NCBI GenBank assembly: GCA_963705505.1
Contig: CAVPJU010000010.1
Coordinates: 704,001 to 768,000, forward strand
Source: an uncultured bacterium
GTDB lineage: Bacteria > Desulfobacterota_D > UBA1144 > Nemesobacterales > UBA2774
DNA length: 64,000 nucleotides
Direction of reading: 5' to 3'
The stretch's first letter is position 1; each line of letters starts with the position of its first letter. The position numbers and the translations under genes were made by a program. The notes beneath the pieces were generated by a model. That model searched no databases. It was not told the DNA's origin and worked only from the letters and a program-made list of their open reading frames with translations. Shown here piece after piece: positions 17,597-28,172 of the stretch.

Positions 17597-17888
17597 GGAG
17601 GCGAAGTTACGTAACCCCGCCTTCCCACCTGAATGATAAATCCACCCTGACCCTCCTTTTTCTAAGGAGGGAACTAAAGGATTCGCGGCTGGAAGCCGCT
17701 CCTACAGATTTAAATACGAGATGCTGAAACAAGTTCAGCATGACTGATAAGAAAAAAACAACGATAGATTTCTCGCATGCGCTCGAAATGACACCCTCAC
17801 CCTCTCCCTCACAATAGGGGAGAGGAAGGTAGAGACTGCGTCCTTCGACAAGCTCAGGACGAACGGGCGGTGAGTCACCGCTGACTCA
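17597..17888. repeat. Cluster of different short palindromic (REP-like) repeats, cluster 1
   Basis: At least six adjacent hairpins, e.g. 17651-17671, 17682-17705, 17718-17744, 17766-17793, 17841-17867; several recur at 48827-49237. Confidence 0.8.
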
Positions 17889-18836
17889 TGGGACTAGTTT
17901 CGCGTAATTACTCCCCGAAAAAGGCGCGGGCGGCTTCGAGGACTTTTTCATAATCCCCGGAAGGTCGAACCAGGTTATCTCTTTGTCTCTTCTCAACCAC
18001 GTCATCTGACGCTTTGCGAACCGTTTGGTATCGCGTTTTATAAGCTCGACCGCTTTCTCGAGTCCGACTTCGCCGTCTAAGTACCTGTTTATCTCTTTAT
18101 AACCTATAGACTGCATGGGTTTTAATCCGGGCCCGTAGCCCATGAGCCTCAAATTCTCCACTTCCCCGACGAGCCCGTCTTCAATCATTTTGTCCACCCT
18201 CGAATCGATCCGCCTCTTGAGCTCCTCACGCTCGACTGAGATTCCTATTTTGATATATTCATAATCCCTGTCACCGAACTCGTGGAGGGATTGGAGGTGA
18301 GAAATTTTCTCTCCCGTGAGATAGAGGACTTCGAGCGCCCTTTCGGCTCTGACATAATCATTGGGATGTATTTTCGCGGCGGCTTCGGGGTCGAGGGATT
18401 TAAGGTTTTCATAAATATATTCAGTCCCGAATGCGGACCTCAGCTTTTTAAGCCTGCTCCTTATTCCGCTGTCAGCGGGGAGGTCTTCGATCAGCCCGGA
18501 CAGCAGCACCTTGATATAAAGATAAGTCCCGCCGACGAGAATTATCCGCTTCCCCGAGCTGTGGAGCTCATCTATAACCTGGCGGGCGAGCACCCTGAAC
18601 CTGCCGGCGTTGAATTCCTCGTCGGGATTGATAATATCAATGAGGTGGTGGGGTAGAGCCTCCCGGTCCCCGGTCGTTGGCTTGGCTGTCCCGATATCGA
18701 AATGCCTGTACACATGAAGAGAGTCCGCGCTCACTATCTCGGAGCGGAGACTCCCGGCTATGTCCATGGCAAGCTTGCTTTTACCCGAAGCGGTAGGCCC
18801 CAGAATGACAAGAAGTTTGGGTTTGTCCCCTTTCAA
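17886..18836 (-). CDS. miaA: tRNA dimethylallyltransferase
   Basis: GPTASGKS, SADS, DIGTAKP, HHLID, VGGT, AKRQMTW. The C-terminus may be frameshifted (see findings). Confidence 0.96.
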   Translation of the reverse strand: MKGDKPKLLVILGPTASGKSKLAMDIAGSLRSEIVSADSLHVYRHFDIGTAKPTTGDREALPHHLIDIINPDEEFNAGRFRVLARQVIDELHSSGKRIILVGGTYLYIKVLLSGLIEDLPADSGIRSRLKKLRSAFGTEYIYENLKSLDPEAAAKIHPNDYVRAERALEVLYLTGEKISHLQSLHEFGDRDYEYIKIGISVEREELKRRIDSRVDKMIEDGLVGEVENLRLMGYGPGLKPMQSIGYKEINRYLDGEVGLEKAVELIKRDTKRFAKRQMTWLRRDKEITWFDLPGIMKKSSKPPAPFSGSNYAKLVP

Positions 18837-18870
18837 TTTAGGTGTCTAAAAGATGTATCAGGCACGAAAG

Positions 18871-18922
18871 AAGAAAAGAGCCGATCCGGTGGCGAGAATA
18901 CAGCCCCGGAGCGGATCCTCTT
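18871..18922 (-). terminator. Hairpin with pyrimidine tract after pnp
   Basis: Minus strand AAGAG..TCCGG GGC/GCC ACCGGA..CTCTT followed by TTCTTCTTT. Confidence 0.5.
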
Positions 18923-21038
18923 ATAACGTATTGTTCGTGTAATTCTCTATATTCTCACTCAGAGCCTGTTTCCTGCTCAGCCTGATCTTCCCGTCGTGCT
19001 CCTTACCGATGCATTTGACGAGAACTTCGTCTTTTTCCTGGAGTATATCGGTGACTTTATTGACCCTCGTCGGGGCGAGCTCCGATATATGGACAAGACC
19101 GTCCTTTCCCGTACCCAGCTCGACGATAGCGCCGAAATCGAGAATTCTTTTTACGGTTCCGCGGTATATCTTGCCGACTTCGATCTCCTCGACAATGCCC
19201 TGAATAATCTTTACCGCCCTGTCGCAGGCCTCCCTGTCAGGCGAAGCTATATTTACGGTGCCCGAATCGTCGATATCTATCTGCACGCCGGTTACCTCTA
19301 CTATCTTCTTGATGGTCTTTCCGCCGGAACCTATAACGTCCTTTATCTTGTCCTGGCTTATCTGCATCGTGATTATTCTGGGTGCATATAACGATATGTC
19401 CTCTCTGGGTTCGTTGAGAATCTCGCTCATTTTCTCAAGCACGATCATTCGCGCGTTCTTCGCGTGCTCAAGAGCCGTCGAGAGTATCTCTTCCGTGACT
19501 CCGGTGACTTTTATATCCATCTGGAGCGCGGTCACGCCGGTTTTCGTGCCGGCGACCTTAAAATCCATATCCCCCAGATGGTCTTCGTCCCCGAGAATGT
19601 CGGTCAGGATGACGAAATCGTCCTCCTCCTTGATGAGCCCCATGGCTATACCGCCTACGGGAGCGGATATAGGAACACCCGCGTCCATCAACGACAGCGC
19701 AGCCCCGCATACCGTGGCCATGGAAGAAGAGCCGTTTGATTCCAGAATATCGGAGACTATTCGTATCGTATAGGGGAATTTGTCCTTTTTCGGAAGTACC
19801 GGGATAATCGACCTTTCCGCAAGCGCCCCGTGGCCTATCTCCCTCCGTCCCGGTCCTAACCTGAAGCTTACCTCGCCCACGCTGTAGGGAGGGAAATTAT
19901 AATGGAGCATGAAAGTCTTGGTCACATCGCCTTCGAGCGAATCTATCCTCTGCTCATCGTATGTCGTACCCAGGGTCGCCGTAACGGCTGCCTGAGTTTC
20001 TCCCCGGGTAAAGAGAGCCGAGCCGTGAGCCCGGGGCAGGAATCCGACTTCGCCGTATATGTGCCTTACATCGGAGTATCCTCTCCCGTCAAGCCTCTTC
20101 TTGTCCTTGACTATAAGCTCCCTGACCAAATCCTTTAATATCTTTTCGAACGGCTTGGAGATACTGACCTCAGCATCGGGATGAAGGGATTTTATATGCT
20201 CCTCCGTCTCCGCACGTATGGTCTTAATCCGCTGTTTTCTATCCGCCTTGGATGCGGATACCAGAGTTTCTCTCAATTTCTGTCCGGCAAAAGCCAGAAC
20301 CTCTTCCTCGATCGAGTTATCCTCGGACGGAGGCTCTAATTCTCGTTTCTGAATTTCCAGGCCCGATATCAAATCTTCCTGGAGCCTGATAAACTCCTGA
20401 ACGCATTTATGGGCGAACATCAGCGCGCTGACTATTTCCTGCTCGGGAACTTCGTTAGCCCCGCCTTCGACCATAACTATGGCATCTTTCGTGCCCGCGA
20501 CGACGATGTTCATGTCGCTCTCTGAAAGCTCCTTCTTCGTGGGGTTACAGATGAATTCGCCCCCCACCCTGCCGACTCTGACGGCGGCAAGGGGACCGTC
20601 GAAAGGAACGTCCGATACCATCAGCGCCGCGGAAGCCGCGGTCATCGACAGCACGTCGGGGTCATAATCCGCATCGGCAGAGAAAACAGTAATGATAATC
20701 TGCGTCTGATACGTAAAATCACTCGGGATGAGCGGTCTGATCGGCCTGTCTATGAGTCTAGAAGTCAGGACTTCTTTTTCGTTCGGCCTTCCCTCTCGTT
20801 TGAAATACCCGCCGGGTATCTTCCCCGCCGCGGACGATTTCTCCTGGTAATTGATTGTTAACGGAAGGAAATCCTCCCCTTCCGATTTTTCCTCCAAGGC
20901 TACAACGGTAGCCAGAACGGCCGTGTCTTCGTAACGCGCAAATACGGCCCCGTTTGCCTGTCTAGCAAGTGATCCGGTATCGAGCCCATAATGTTTGCCA
21001 AAAATTTGGGCTTCAACCTTTTTTGGTTGGTTAGTCAA
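18921..21038 (-). CDS. pnp: Polyribonucleotide nucleotidyltransferase (PNPase)
   Basis: SRLIDRPIRP, FTRGETQ, RREIGHG, ESNGSSSMA, DFKVAGT; KH and S1 domains. Confidence 0.98.
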   Translation of the reverse strand: MTNQPKKVEAQIFGKHYGLDTGSLARQANGAVFARYEDTAVLATVVALEEKSEGEDFLPLTINYQEKSSAAGKIPGGYFKREGRPNEKEVLTSRLIDRPIRPLIPSDFTYQTQIIITVFSADADYDPDVLSMTAASAALMVSDVPFDGPLAAVRVGRVGGEFICNPTKKELSESDMNIVVAGTKDAIVMVEGGANEVPEQEIVSALMFAHKCVQEFIRLQEDLISGLEIQKRELEPPSEDNSIEEEVLAFAGQKLRETLVSASKADRKQRIKTIRAETEEHIKSLHPDAEVSISKPFEKILKDLVRELIVKDKKRLDGRGYSDVRHIYGEVGFLPRAHGSALFTRGETQAAVTATLGTTYDEQRIDSLEGDVTKTFMLHYNFPPYSVGEVSFRLGPGRREIGHGALAERSIIPVLPKKDKFPYTIRIVSDILESNGSSSMATVCGAALSLMDAGVPISAPVGGIAMGLIKEEDDFVILTDILGDEDHLGDMDFKVAGTKTGVTALQMDIKVTGVTEEILSTALEHAKNARMIVLEKMSEILNEPREDISLYAPRIITMQISQDKIKDVIGSGGKTIKKIVEVTGVQIDIDDSGTVNIASPDREACDRAVKIIQGIVEEIEVGKIYRGTVKRILDFGAIVELGTGKDGLVHISELAPTRVNKVTDILQEKDEVLVKCIGKEHDGKIRLSRKQALSENIENYTNNTL

Positions 21039-21060
21039 AAGTAATTCCTCCTTTCAAACC

Positions 21061-21330
21061 CTACTTTCTAAGTCCGAGTTTCTGAATCAGATCCGGATAG
21101 GTTTCCGGTTTGTTTTTTCTGATATAGTTTAAAAGCCTTCTTCTCTTCGCGACGAGCGATACGAGGCCTCTTCTCGAATGATGATCCTTCGGCGATTTTT
21201 CGGTGTGGAGCGAGAGATCCTTGATCCTGCGCGTAAGAACAGCAACCTGAACCTCCGGCGAACCGACGTCCTTCTGATGAAGTGCAAAATCGCTTATTAT
21301 TTGAGTTTTTTCTTCCTTCTCAAGAGACAT
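21061..21330 (-). CDS. rpsO: 30S ribosomal protein S15
   Basis: DVGSPEVQVA, KDHHSRRGL, LGLRK; 89 aa. Confidence 0.98.
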   Translation of the reverse strand: MSLEKEEKTQIISDFALHQKDVGSPEVQVAVLTRRIKDLSLHTEKSPKDHHSRRGLVSLVAKRRRLLNYIRKNKPETYPDLIQKLGLRK

Positions 21331-21371
21331 TTAATGCCCTCCTTAATCTGCAATTTCTAATATTTGGACTA

Positions 21372-22283
21372 TCAATTAAATACCCTGAGCAGCTTCAGTA
21401 TAAGAGCCCCGCTGTCGAGGTTATCGATATCCGCCGAATCGACAAGGGCCTCCGTAATCGATACCAGCGCCGAATCTTCGTATATCTTGATCCTTTCGCC
21501 GGGCCTGAAATCCGCCGGATTCAACTTATCGAAGCTGAACTTCCTTACCTGCTTGCCTTCCCTGATCTCACCTGCAAGCTCCCTATCGACGTTTATCCGT
21601 TTCATGTGGGGGAGAGCGTCGTCAAGCGGGGTCAATTCCACGCTGCCCTTTTCAATGTCCTCAAACGTCACGGCATCGTCTATCTTAAAACCGTCGCTTT
21701 CGATTCTCCTAAGCTCGGTAAGATGTCCGCCGCACCCGAGCTCATCGGCAATATCCGAAGCAAGCACCCTTATATACGTTCCGCGGGAACATTCTACCAT
21801 AAATCTGACAAAGGGGGGACTGAAATCCAGTATTTCCAGCTCGTTAATAACTACGCTTCTTTCCGCCCTCTCGACCTCTATTCCCCGCCTGGCGTACTCG
21901 TAGAGCCTCACACCGTCCTTTTTCAGGGCGGAATACATGGGCGGAACCTGATTAATTTTACCTCTAAATTTTGAAAATGCACCTAATAGCTCGATATTAT
22001 TAATAATACCCGGCTCCTTTTCCTCGATTACCCTTCCCGTTAAGTCGAGCGTGTCCGTTTTGATACCGAGCCTCATGCGGGCTTCGTATTTTTTATAGAC
22101 GTTATTCATAAAAGGTATGATCTTTGTCGCGTTGTTAACACATATAGGCAGAACTCCTGTGGCAAAGGGGTCGAGCGTGCCCGTATGTCCGGCCCGCCTG
22201 GTTTTAAGAATCCTGTTGACCGTATTGACGGCGTCCTGTGAGGTTATACCCCTCGGCTTATCGAGTATAAGCACTCCGTTCAC
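21372..22283 (-). CDS. truB: tRNA pseudouridine(55) synthase
   Basis: LDKPRGITS, GHTGTLDPFATGVL, QVPPMYSA, CSRGTYIR. Confidence 0.97.
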   Translation of the reverse strand: MNGVLILDKPRGITSQDAVNTVNRILKTRRAGHTGTLDPFATGVLPICVNNATKIIPFMNNVYKKYEARMRLGIKTDTLDLTGRVIEEKEPGIINNIELLGAFSKFRGKINQVPPMYSALKKDGVRLYEYARRGIEVERAERSVVINELEILDFSPPFVRFMVECSRGTYIRVLASDIADELGCGGHLTELRRIESDGFKIDDAVTFEDIEKGSVELTPLDDALPHMKRINVDRELAGEIREGKQVRKFSFDKLNPADFRPGERIKIYEDSALVSITEALVDSADIDNLDSGALILKLLRVFN

Positions 22284-23266
22284 TGGAGGACCTCCCTTAT
22301 AGAGCCGAATATCTTATTTTTCGCTTCGGTCAGGCTGCCCGGGATCGAACACCCTGCAGCCCTCTTATGCCCCCCGCCGCCAAAAGCCTCGGCGATCTTC
22401 GCGACGTCCACGTCCCCTTTTGACCTGAAGCTCACCTTCCAGAGAGAGCCGTCCTTACCGGCCTCCTCCCTGAAGAACACCGCGACCTCTACGCCTCTTA
22501 TGCTCCTCGGAATATTCACGATCCCTTCTGTATCTTCCCTCCGGGCGCCCGATTCGGCGAACATATTCCTGTCCACGAACACAGAGGCGATCCTTTTATC
22601 CGCCGATAGATCGAGCGTAGCCAGCGCAAGGCCGATAAGCTTTAATTTCCTCAGAGGCTCGCTTTCGAAAAGGGCCTCCGACACCTCCGCCGGATCGACG
22701 CCGCGCTCGACCAGCTCCGCGGCGACCCTGAAAGTCTCGGGGTTCGTGTTGGAGTACCTGAAGGAACCCGTATCCCCTATAATCGTCGTATATACGTTTT
22801 CAGCTATAGCGTTATCGATTTCGACGGACAAAGACTTGAGCACGGAATAGACGATTACGCCGGTGGAGGAAGAATTGGGGTCGAGGAGATGTAAATCGGC
22901 AGACGAGTTGTTGGTCTGGTGATGATCGACTATGACTACGCGCCTGCATCTCCCTGTCCTCAGGAAGTCCTCAAATTCCTCCCCCGCCCTCTGGGTTCCG
23001 GTACAGTCCAGGGCAAACGCTATGTCGAATTTCCCTTCCACGTCTTTTAATGATTTCCTGATCCTGTCCGATTGAGGAAGGAACCGGAGTATCTCGGGGA
23101 CGCCGTCTTTATTATATAACACCACTTCTTTACCTATCTGCTCGAGGCCGAGACCCAGGGCGAGCACGGACCCGATGGCATCGCCGTCGGGGTTCTCATG
23201 TGATGATATAAGAATCCTCTTTGATCCCCTTATGAGTTCCAGTATCCTGTCGAGCTCGCTATTCAC
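22280..23266 (-). CDS. nrnA: DHH/DHHA1 oligoribonuclease/pAp phosphatase
   Basis: HENPDGDA, VDHH, DTGSF, SFRS, GGGGHKRAAG. Confidence 0.92.
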   Translation of the reverse strand: MNSELDRILELIRGSKRILISSHENPDGDAIGSVLALGLGLEQIGKEVVLYNKDGVPEILRFLPQSDRIRKSLKDVEGKFDIAFALDCTGTQRAGEEFEDFLRTGRCRRVVIVDHHQTNNSSADLHLLDPNSSSTGVIVYSVLKSLSVEIDNAIAENVYTTIIGDTGSFRYSNTNPETFRVAAELVERGVDPAEVSEALFESEPLRKLKLIGLALATLDLSADKRIASVFVDRNMFAESGARREDTEGIVNIPRSIRGVEVAVFFREEAGKDGSLWKVSFRSKGDVDVAKIAEAFGGGGHKRAAGCSIPGSLTEAKNKIFGSIREVLQ

Positions 23267-23606
23267 TCGCTATACCTCTCAAAATCTCATCCACCCTGTA
23301 GCCCTTTTCAAGCGCAGAATCGAAGCTGAATTTTATATCGGGGACCTTTCTCATTCTGAGCCTCTTGGCGAGCTTGCTCCGTATAAATCCCTTTGCGTGC
23401 TCCAAGCCCTCCTGCGCGTCAGACTTTTCGCTCTCGCCGCCCAAAACCGTAAAATAAATCTCCGCCATACTCAGGTTATCGGTTATTTTAACGCCCGTTA
23501 TAAAAACAGCGCTTATACGCGGGTCCTTAATCTCACCCCTGACTATCATCTCGGACACTTCCTTCACTATCTGGTCCGAAATCCGCTGCGACCTCTTGAA
23601 TGTCAA
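23259..23606 (-). CDS. rbfA: Ribosome-binding factor A
   Basis: IKDPRI, AKGFIR, RKVPDIKF; position after infB. Confidence 0.96.
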   Translation of the reverse strand: MTFKRSQRISDQIVKEVSEMIVRGEIKDPRISAVFITGVKITDNLSMAEIYFTVLGGESEKSDAQEGLEHAKGFIRSKLAKRLRMRKVPDIKFSFDSALEKGYRVDEILRGIASE

Positions 23607-23621
23607 CCCCGAATCAATCTC

Positions 23622-23912
23622 CTAAAAATGTATTATTTCGAATTCCCGGTTCCCCATCTCGACGATTCCCGTCGATTCTATGAACAGGGTGATCTGATCC
23701 ATCACCGAATTTACGAACCGTGACTCGTTGCTCACGAACGATATGCCTATAGTAGCCTTCTGCCAGAGATCGTTCGATCCGACTTCGGAAATCGATACGT
23801 TTCTGAATCTGGATTGTACTCTGTGAATAATGCCCTTTAGTGTCTGTCTCTTGGCTTTGAGGGACCTGTTACCGTTCATATATAGATCAATGCGAAGTAT
23901 TCCTATTACCAT
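23622..23912 (-). CDS. DUF503 (YlxP) family protein
   Basis: SLKAKR, FRNVSISEV..NDLWQ; lies between infB and rbfA. Confidence 0.9.
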   Translation of the reverse strand: MVIGILRIDLYMNGNRSLKAKRQTLKGIIHRVQSRFRNVSISEVGSNDLWQKATIGISFVSNESRFVNSVMDQITLFIESTGIVEMGNREFEIIHF

Positions 23913-23925
23913 CTACCGACACGAT

Positions 23926-26610
23926 TTAAAGCTCTTGTTTAAAATGTTCGTGAGTGTAGAACTCAAGCGTATCCCCGACTTTAATGTCGTTGAAGCGTTC
24001 GACTCCGATTCCGCACTCATAACCGGTGTTTACCTCTCTTACGTCATCTTTAAACCGTCTGAGAGACGCCAGTTTGCCTTCGAAAATCACGACCCCGTCC
24101 CTCACAACCCTGACGCTGTTATCCCTCGAGACCTTGCCGTCGCTTACCATACAGCCGGCAATTGTCCCTATCCTGGATATATTGAATGTTTCCCTGACCT
24201 CGGCGTGCCCCGTAATCTTTTCCTTGACGATGGGTTCGAGGAGCCCTTCCATGGCGCTTCTGACCCTGTCTATGAGTTTGTAAATTATCGTATGAAGCTC
24301 CAGAGACACCCCGTTCCTCTCGGCTATCTCGAGGGCTTTGGTATCCGGTCTTACATTAAAACCGACAATAATGGCATCGGATGCGCTCGCGAGTACGACG
24401 TCCGTCTCGGTAATGCCTCCGACACCCGCATGAACAATCTTCACCTGACATTTATCGGTACTTAATTTTTTTATAGACTCCGCAACAGCTTCGACCGACC
24501 CCTGCGTGTCCGCCTTGATTATTAATGGAAGCTCCTTCGCTTCTTCCTCCGCAAGCGATTCGAACAGATTTTCGAGGGACGGCCTCCTTTCCTTCGCCGC
24601 CGCAGATTCCCTCTGTTTCATTTCCCTGTGAGCAACCACGTCCCGTGCGGATCTTTCGTCCTTTACCACATAGAAGCGGTCTCCTGCCTCGGGAACACCG
24701 GAGAGACCCATTATCTCGACCGGCATGGAAGGCCCGGCTTCGTTAACTCTCATTCCTTTATCATCGATGAGCGCCCTGACTTTTCCGGACGTCGTCCCCG
24801 AAACGAGATAATCCCCTATCTGAAGAGTGCCTTCCTTCACGATAACTGTAGCAACCGGCCCTCTGCCCTTATCCAGTTTAGCCTCTATGACAAAACCGTT
24901 TGCCCTCTTGGAAGCATCGGCTTTAAGCTCGAGTATATCCGCCTGAAGGAGTACAAGCTCGAGGAGTTCCTTGATCCCCTTTTTTTGCTTGGCCGAAACC
25001 TCCGCAAAAAGGGTATCGCCGCCCCACTCCTCCGAAAGAAGGCCGATCTCGGAGAGCTGACGCTTTATCCTTTCCGTATTCGCTTCGGGCTTGTCTATCT
25101 TATTTATCGCAACGATTATCGGGACCTCGGCCGCCTTCGCGTGGTTTACCGCCTCTATCGTCTGGGGCATGACCCCGTCATCGGCCGCTACTACAAGAAT
25201 CACCACATCGGTGACTTTAGCCCCGCGCGCCCTCATCGCCGTGAAAGCTTCGTGTCCGGGAGTATCCACGAACGAAACCATCCTCCCGTCTACGTTGACG
25301 GAATAAGCGCCGATATGCTGAGTGATACCCCCCGCTTCCCCGCCGACCACATTTGTTTCCCTGATGGCGTCGAGAAGTGTGGTTTTTCCGTGGTCCACAT
25401 GTCCCATGACAGTGACGACCGGAGGCCGCGGAGTCAGCGTCCTGTCGGTTTCCACCGGATACGTCTCGAGCAGGAGATCCTTCTCCTCGAATATGTCGAC
25501 CGACACATCGAACCCGAACTCCTCGGCGACCAAAGATGCTGTCTCGTGGTCAAGCGCCTGGTTGAGCGTAGTCCTGACTCCCATTGTTATGAGCTTCTTA
25601 ATCACATCTCCCGCCTTTACGCCCATCATTTTCGCGAGCTCGCCCAAGTTAATGGATTCACCTATTTTCACGGTCCGCCTCGCAGGCTTGGCCGGAAAAG
25701 GAATCACCTGTGCGGATTCGGCGGTTTCTGGCGTATGTTCTCTCGATCTGAAGATTTCTTTAGTATTTCTGTCAAATACCCTTTCCCTGTGAGCAGTGCT
25801 TGCGGTAGGGCGAGCCTTCGCTCGTCTGTCCTCGACCAGGTACTCCCTTTTTCTCCCGGGGAGCTTGGTCCGAAAGGCCTTCCGCAACTCCTCGAGCGTA
25901 TCCTCATCTATAATCTCTTCACGCTTGGGTTTAAGCCTGCGTGCCTTCTTTTTTACTTTCTTCGATTCGTCCGTTTCGTCTTTTTCAACTTTCGGTAAGG
26001 GCTTTGCTCCTGCCTCCAGGTCCGGCTTTACCTCTACCGCAATCTCTTCGGCCTCGGGGACCTCCGGGAACTCGGCTTCGTACTGCTCCAAATCCTCTGC
26101 CGCGGATTCTTCCGGGGGTGTCCCCGCCCCGCCGAGAGGAGACCCCTCGGGAAAGTCCGGGATTCCCGGCTCGGACACCGGTTCCGCTGACAGTTGTTCC
26201 CTCCCGGTACCGGCCTCGGCAGCCGCTGCTGTATGTCCCTCCGCATAGTGTTCAGTCTCTGCCTGAGGGGCCTGAGTCCGGGGTTCCTTCAGCTCAACTT
26301 CACTAGGTTCCTCTAACTTCTTTTTCCTCCGGAGAACCACCCTTTCACCCTGTCTCCGCTCTACAGTCTCTTCTCCTTTATCCGAACGGAATACCCTGAC
26401 TTTTTCCTTGTCGTCGAGAGCGGATTTTTGCGACGAACCTTCCCCGCCCCCCGAAGCGATAATCCTATCCTTTATCTTTTTTGCTTCCTCTTCGGTGATG
26501 GAACTTGCGTGACTTTTTACTGAAATGCCCAGACCTTTCGCCACATTCAGTATTTCAGTGTTCGATTTATTTAAATCTTTTGAGAGTTCATAAACTCTTA
26601 CATTAGACAT
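23926..26610 (-). CDS. infB: Translation initiation factor IF-2
   Basis: RVYEL N-terminus; [39 protein letters not shown]. Confidence 0.98.
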   Translation of the reverse strand: MSNVRVYELSKDLNKSNTEILNVAKGLGISVKSHASSITEEEAKKIKDRIIASGGGEGSSQKSALDDKEKVRVFRSDKGEETVERRQGERVVLRRKKKLEEPSEVELKEPRTQAPQAETEHYAEGHTAAAAEAGTGREQLSAEPVSEPGIPDFPEGSPLGGAGTPPEESAAEDLEQYEAEFPEVPEAEEIAVEVKPDLEAGAKPLPKVEKDETDESKKVKKKARRLKPKREEIIDEDTLEELRKAFRTKLPGRKREYLVEDRRAKARPTASTAHRERVFDRNTKEIFRSREHTPETAESAQVIPFPAKPARRTVKIGESINLGELAKMMGVKAGDVIKKLITMGVRTTLNQALDHETASLVAEEFGFDVSVDIFEEKDLLLETYPVETDRTLTPRPPVVTVMGHVDHGKTTLLDAIRETNVVGGEAGGITQHIGAYSVNVDGRMVSFVDTPGHEAFTAMRARGAKVTDVVILVVAADDGVMPQTIEAVNHAKAAEVPIIVAINKIDKPEANTERIKRQLSEIGLLSEEWGGDTLFAEVSAKQKKGIKELLELVLLQADILELKADASKRANGFVIEAKLDKGRGPVATVIVKEGTLQIGDYLVSGTTSGKVRALIDDKGMRVNEAGPSMPVEIMGLSGVPEAGDRFYVVKDERSARDVVAHREMKQRESAAAKERRPSLENLFESLAEEEAKELPLIIKADTQGSVEAVAESIKKLSTDKCQVKIVHAGVGGITETDVVLASASDAIIVGFNVRPDTKALEIAERNGVSLELHTIIYKLIDRVRSAMEGLLEPIVKEKITGHAEVRETFNISRIGTIAGCMVSDGKVSRDNSVRVVRDGVVIFEGKLASLRRFKDDVREVNTGYECGIGVERFNDIKVGDTLEFYTHEHFKQEL

Positions 26611-26834
26611 ATAGAGCACACCCGCTATAAAACAGCTTATTTACATTAAAATAAAAATCTTAAGATTATCCTGATTAGAGTACCAAAGTTTACTTACTAA
26701 TGCAAAAGCAAGGTTACTTATCCAAAAGTAAACTTACGGCAAAAGTAAGACCGAAGATTAAGGTAGTCTGACGTTGGTATCGTTCCCCTAGCCCGTAGTC
26801 AAGCAATATCGGCTGAAACATCCAAACGGAATAT

Positions 26835-28160
26835 TCACTGATCCTGTTCCGTAGTACTCCCGCTTTCCGGCTGAGCGACCGCCCCCTCAGTAAACGACAT
26901 CTGCTCCAATTTATCCTTTAACGCGATCCTCGCGGCGGTCTGGAGCTTAAGCGCTTCCTCTTCACTCTTGAGACCCGCGGACCTTACAAGGGTATCCGGG
27001 TCTGAGAAAGCTATATCCTCGAGTTTATGGAAACCCTCGCCGTACAAGAGATTGGCCGTTACTTCCTTCACGTTCGGAAGCGTCATGAGCAGATGCACGA
27101 CTTCCTGCTGTTCACGCTTAACCTGAGATTCCGTCTTGATATCGATTTTCCATTCCGTCAGCTGGGAGGCAAGCCTTACGTTCTGACCCCGCCTTCCTAT
27201 CGCTAAGGAGAGCTGGTCGTCGTCGACGATGATCTCCATGGATTTGTTGTCGTCGTCTATAATCACCTTGCTGACCCTGGCCGGGGAGAGCGCGTTGCAC
27301 GAGAATCTTGCAGCGTCGGAGGACCACGGGACTATGTCGATCTTCTCCCCCTTGAGCTCCTGTATGACGTTCTGAACCCTGGCTCCCCGCATCCCGACGC
27401 ATGCGCCCACCGGATCGACATCCGTATCATTAGAGGCTACCGCTATCTTCGTACGCCCTCCCGGGTCCCTCGCAATCGCTTTTATGGTGACTATCTGATC
27501 GCCTATCTCGGGGACTTCAGACTCAAAGAGCTTCCTTACGAAATCACGGTGCGAGCGTGAGAGTATAAGCTGCGGCCCACGCTTGGTCTCCTTAATTTCA
27601 TAGAGCATGGCTCTGAGCCTCTCTTTGGGCTTATAGTACTCCCTCGGAACCTGCTGCTCGGGGGGGAGAATAGCTTCAGTCCTGCCGAGGTCCACGATTA
27701 TATTTTTTCTCTCCACTCGTCTTACAATACCGCTTATGAGCTCCCCTTTGCGGTTCTTGAACTCCTCGTAAATTACTTTTCCCTCGGCCTCTTTGATGCT
27801 CTGAAGTATTTTCTGTTTCGCGTTCTGAATCGCTATCCTGGTGAAATCCGGATTAATCTTTACTCCGATCTGGTCGCCGAGCTCGGCCTCGGGATCGAGC
27901 TTGACGGCTTCCTCGACGCTGATTTCCATGTCGGGATCGGCTATATCTTCCACAACCGTCTTGAACTCGAAAAGCTCCACATCGCCGTCGTCCTCGTTAA
28001 AATGGACTTCGAGCTCTTTTTCCTTATCCTGCATGCGGAAAAGTTTCTGGGCGGCGGACAGGACGGCCTCTTCGACTGCGCTTACAATCTCTCCCTTCTC
28101 TATGCCTTTATCCTTGCAAACCGAGTCCATGACGCGGCTTAATTCCGTCATTGTTCCCAT
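26835..28160 (-). CDS. nusA: Transcription termination factor NusA
   Basis: AKQKILQ, VPEI, DPVGACVGMRG, SLAIGRRGQNVRLA. Confidence 0.98.
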   Translation of the reverse strand: MGTMTELSRVMDSVCKDKGIEKGEIVSAVEEAVLSAAQKLFRMQDKEKELEVHFNEDDGDVELFEFKTVVEDIADPDMEISVEEAVKLDPEAELGDQIGVKINPDFTRIAIQNAKQKILQSIKEAEGKVIYEEFKNRKGELISGIVRRVERKNIIVDLGRTEAILPPEQQVPREYYKPKERLRAMLYEIKETKRGPQLILSRSHRDFVRKLFESEVPEIGDQIVTIKAIARDPGGRTKIAVASNDTDVDPVGACVGMRGARVQNVIQELKGEKIDIVPWSSDAARFSCNALSPARVSKVIIDDDNKSMEIIVDDDQLSLAIGRRGQNVRLASQLTEWKIDIKTESQVKREQQEVVHLLMTLPNVKEVTANLLYGEGFHKLEDIAFSDPDTLVRSAGLKSEEEALKLQTAARIALKDKLEQMSFTEGAVAQPESGSTTEQDQ

Positions 28161-28172
28161 TTATATGCCCCC

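Noticed and set aside
17597..17888. Possible CRISPR array or integron attC array
   Set aside because: The units differ from each other, there is no constant repeat with regular spacers or cassette ORFs, and no cas or intI gene is in the window.
24628..25998. 456-aa plus-strand ORF, and similar long antisense ORFs (8665-9480, 33676-34605, 54203-54988, 58702-59676, 60114-61154)
   Set aside because: They lie opposite well-conserved genes (infB, cusA, gmhA/mutL, ABC ATPase, eno, leuC) and show no recognisable motifs; they are shadow ORFs.
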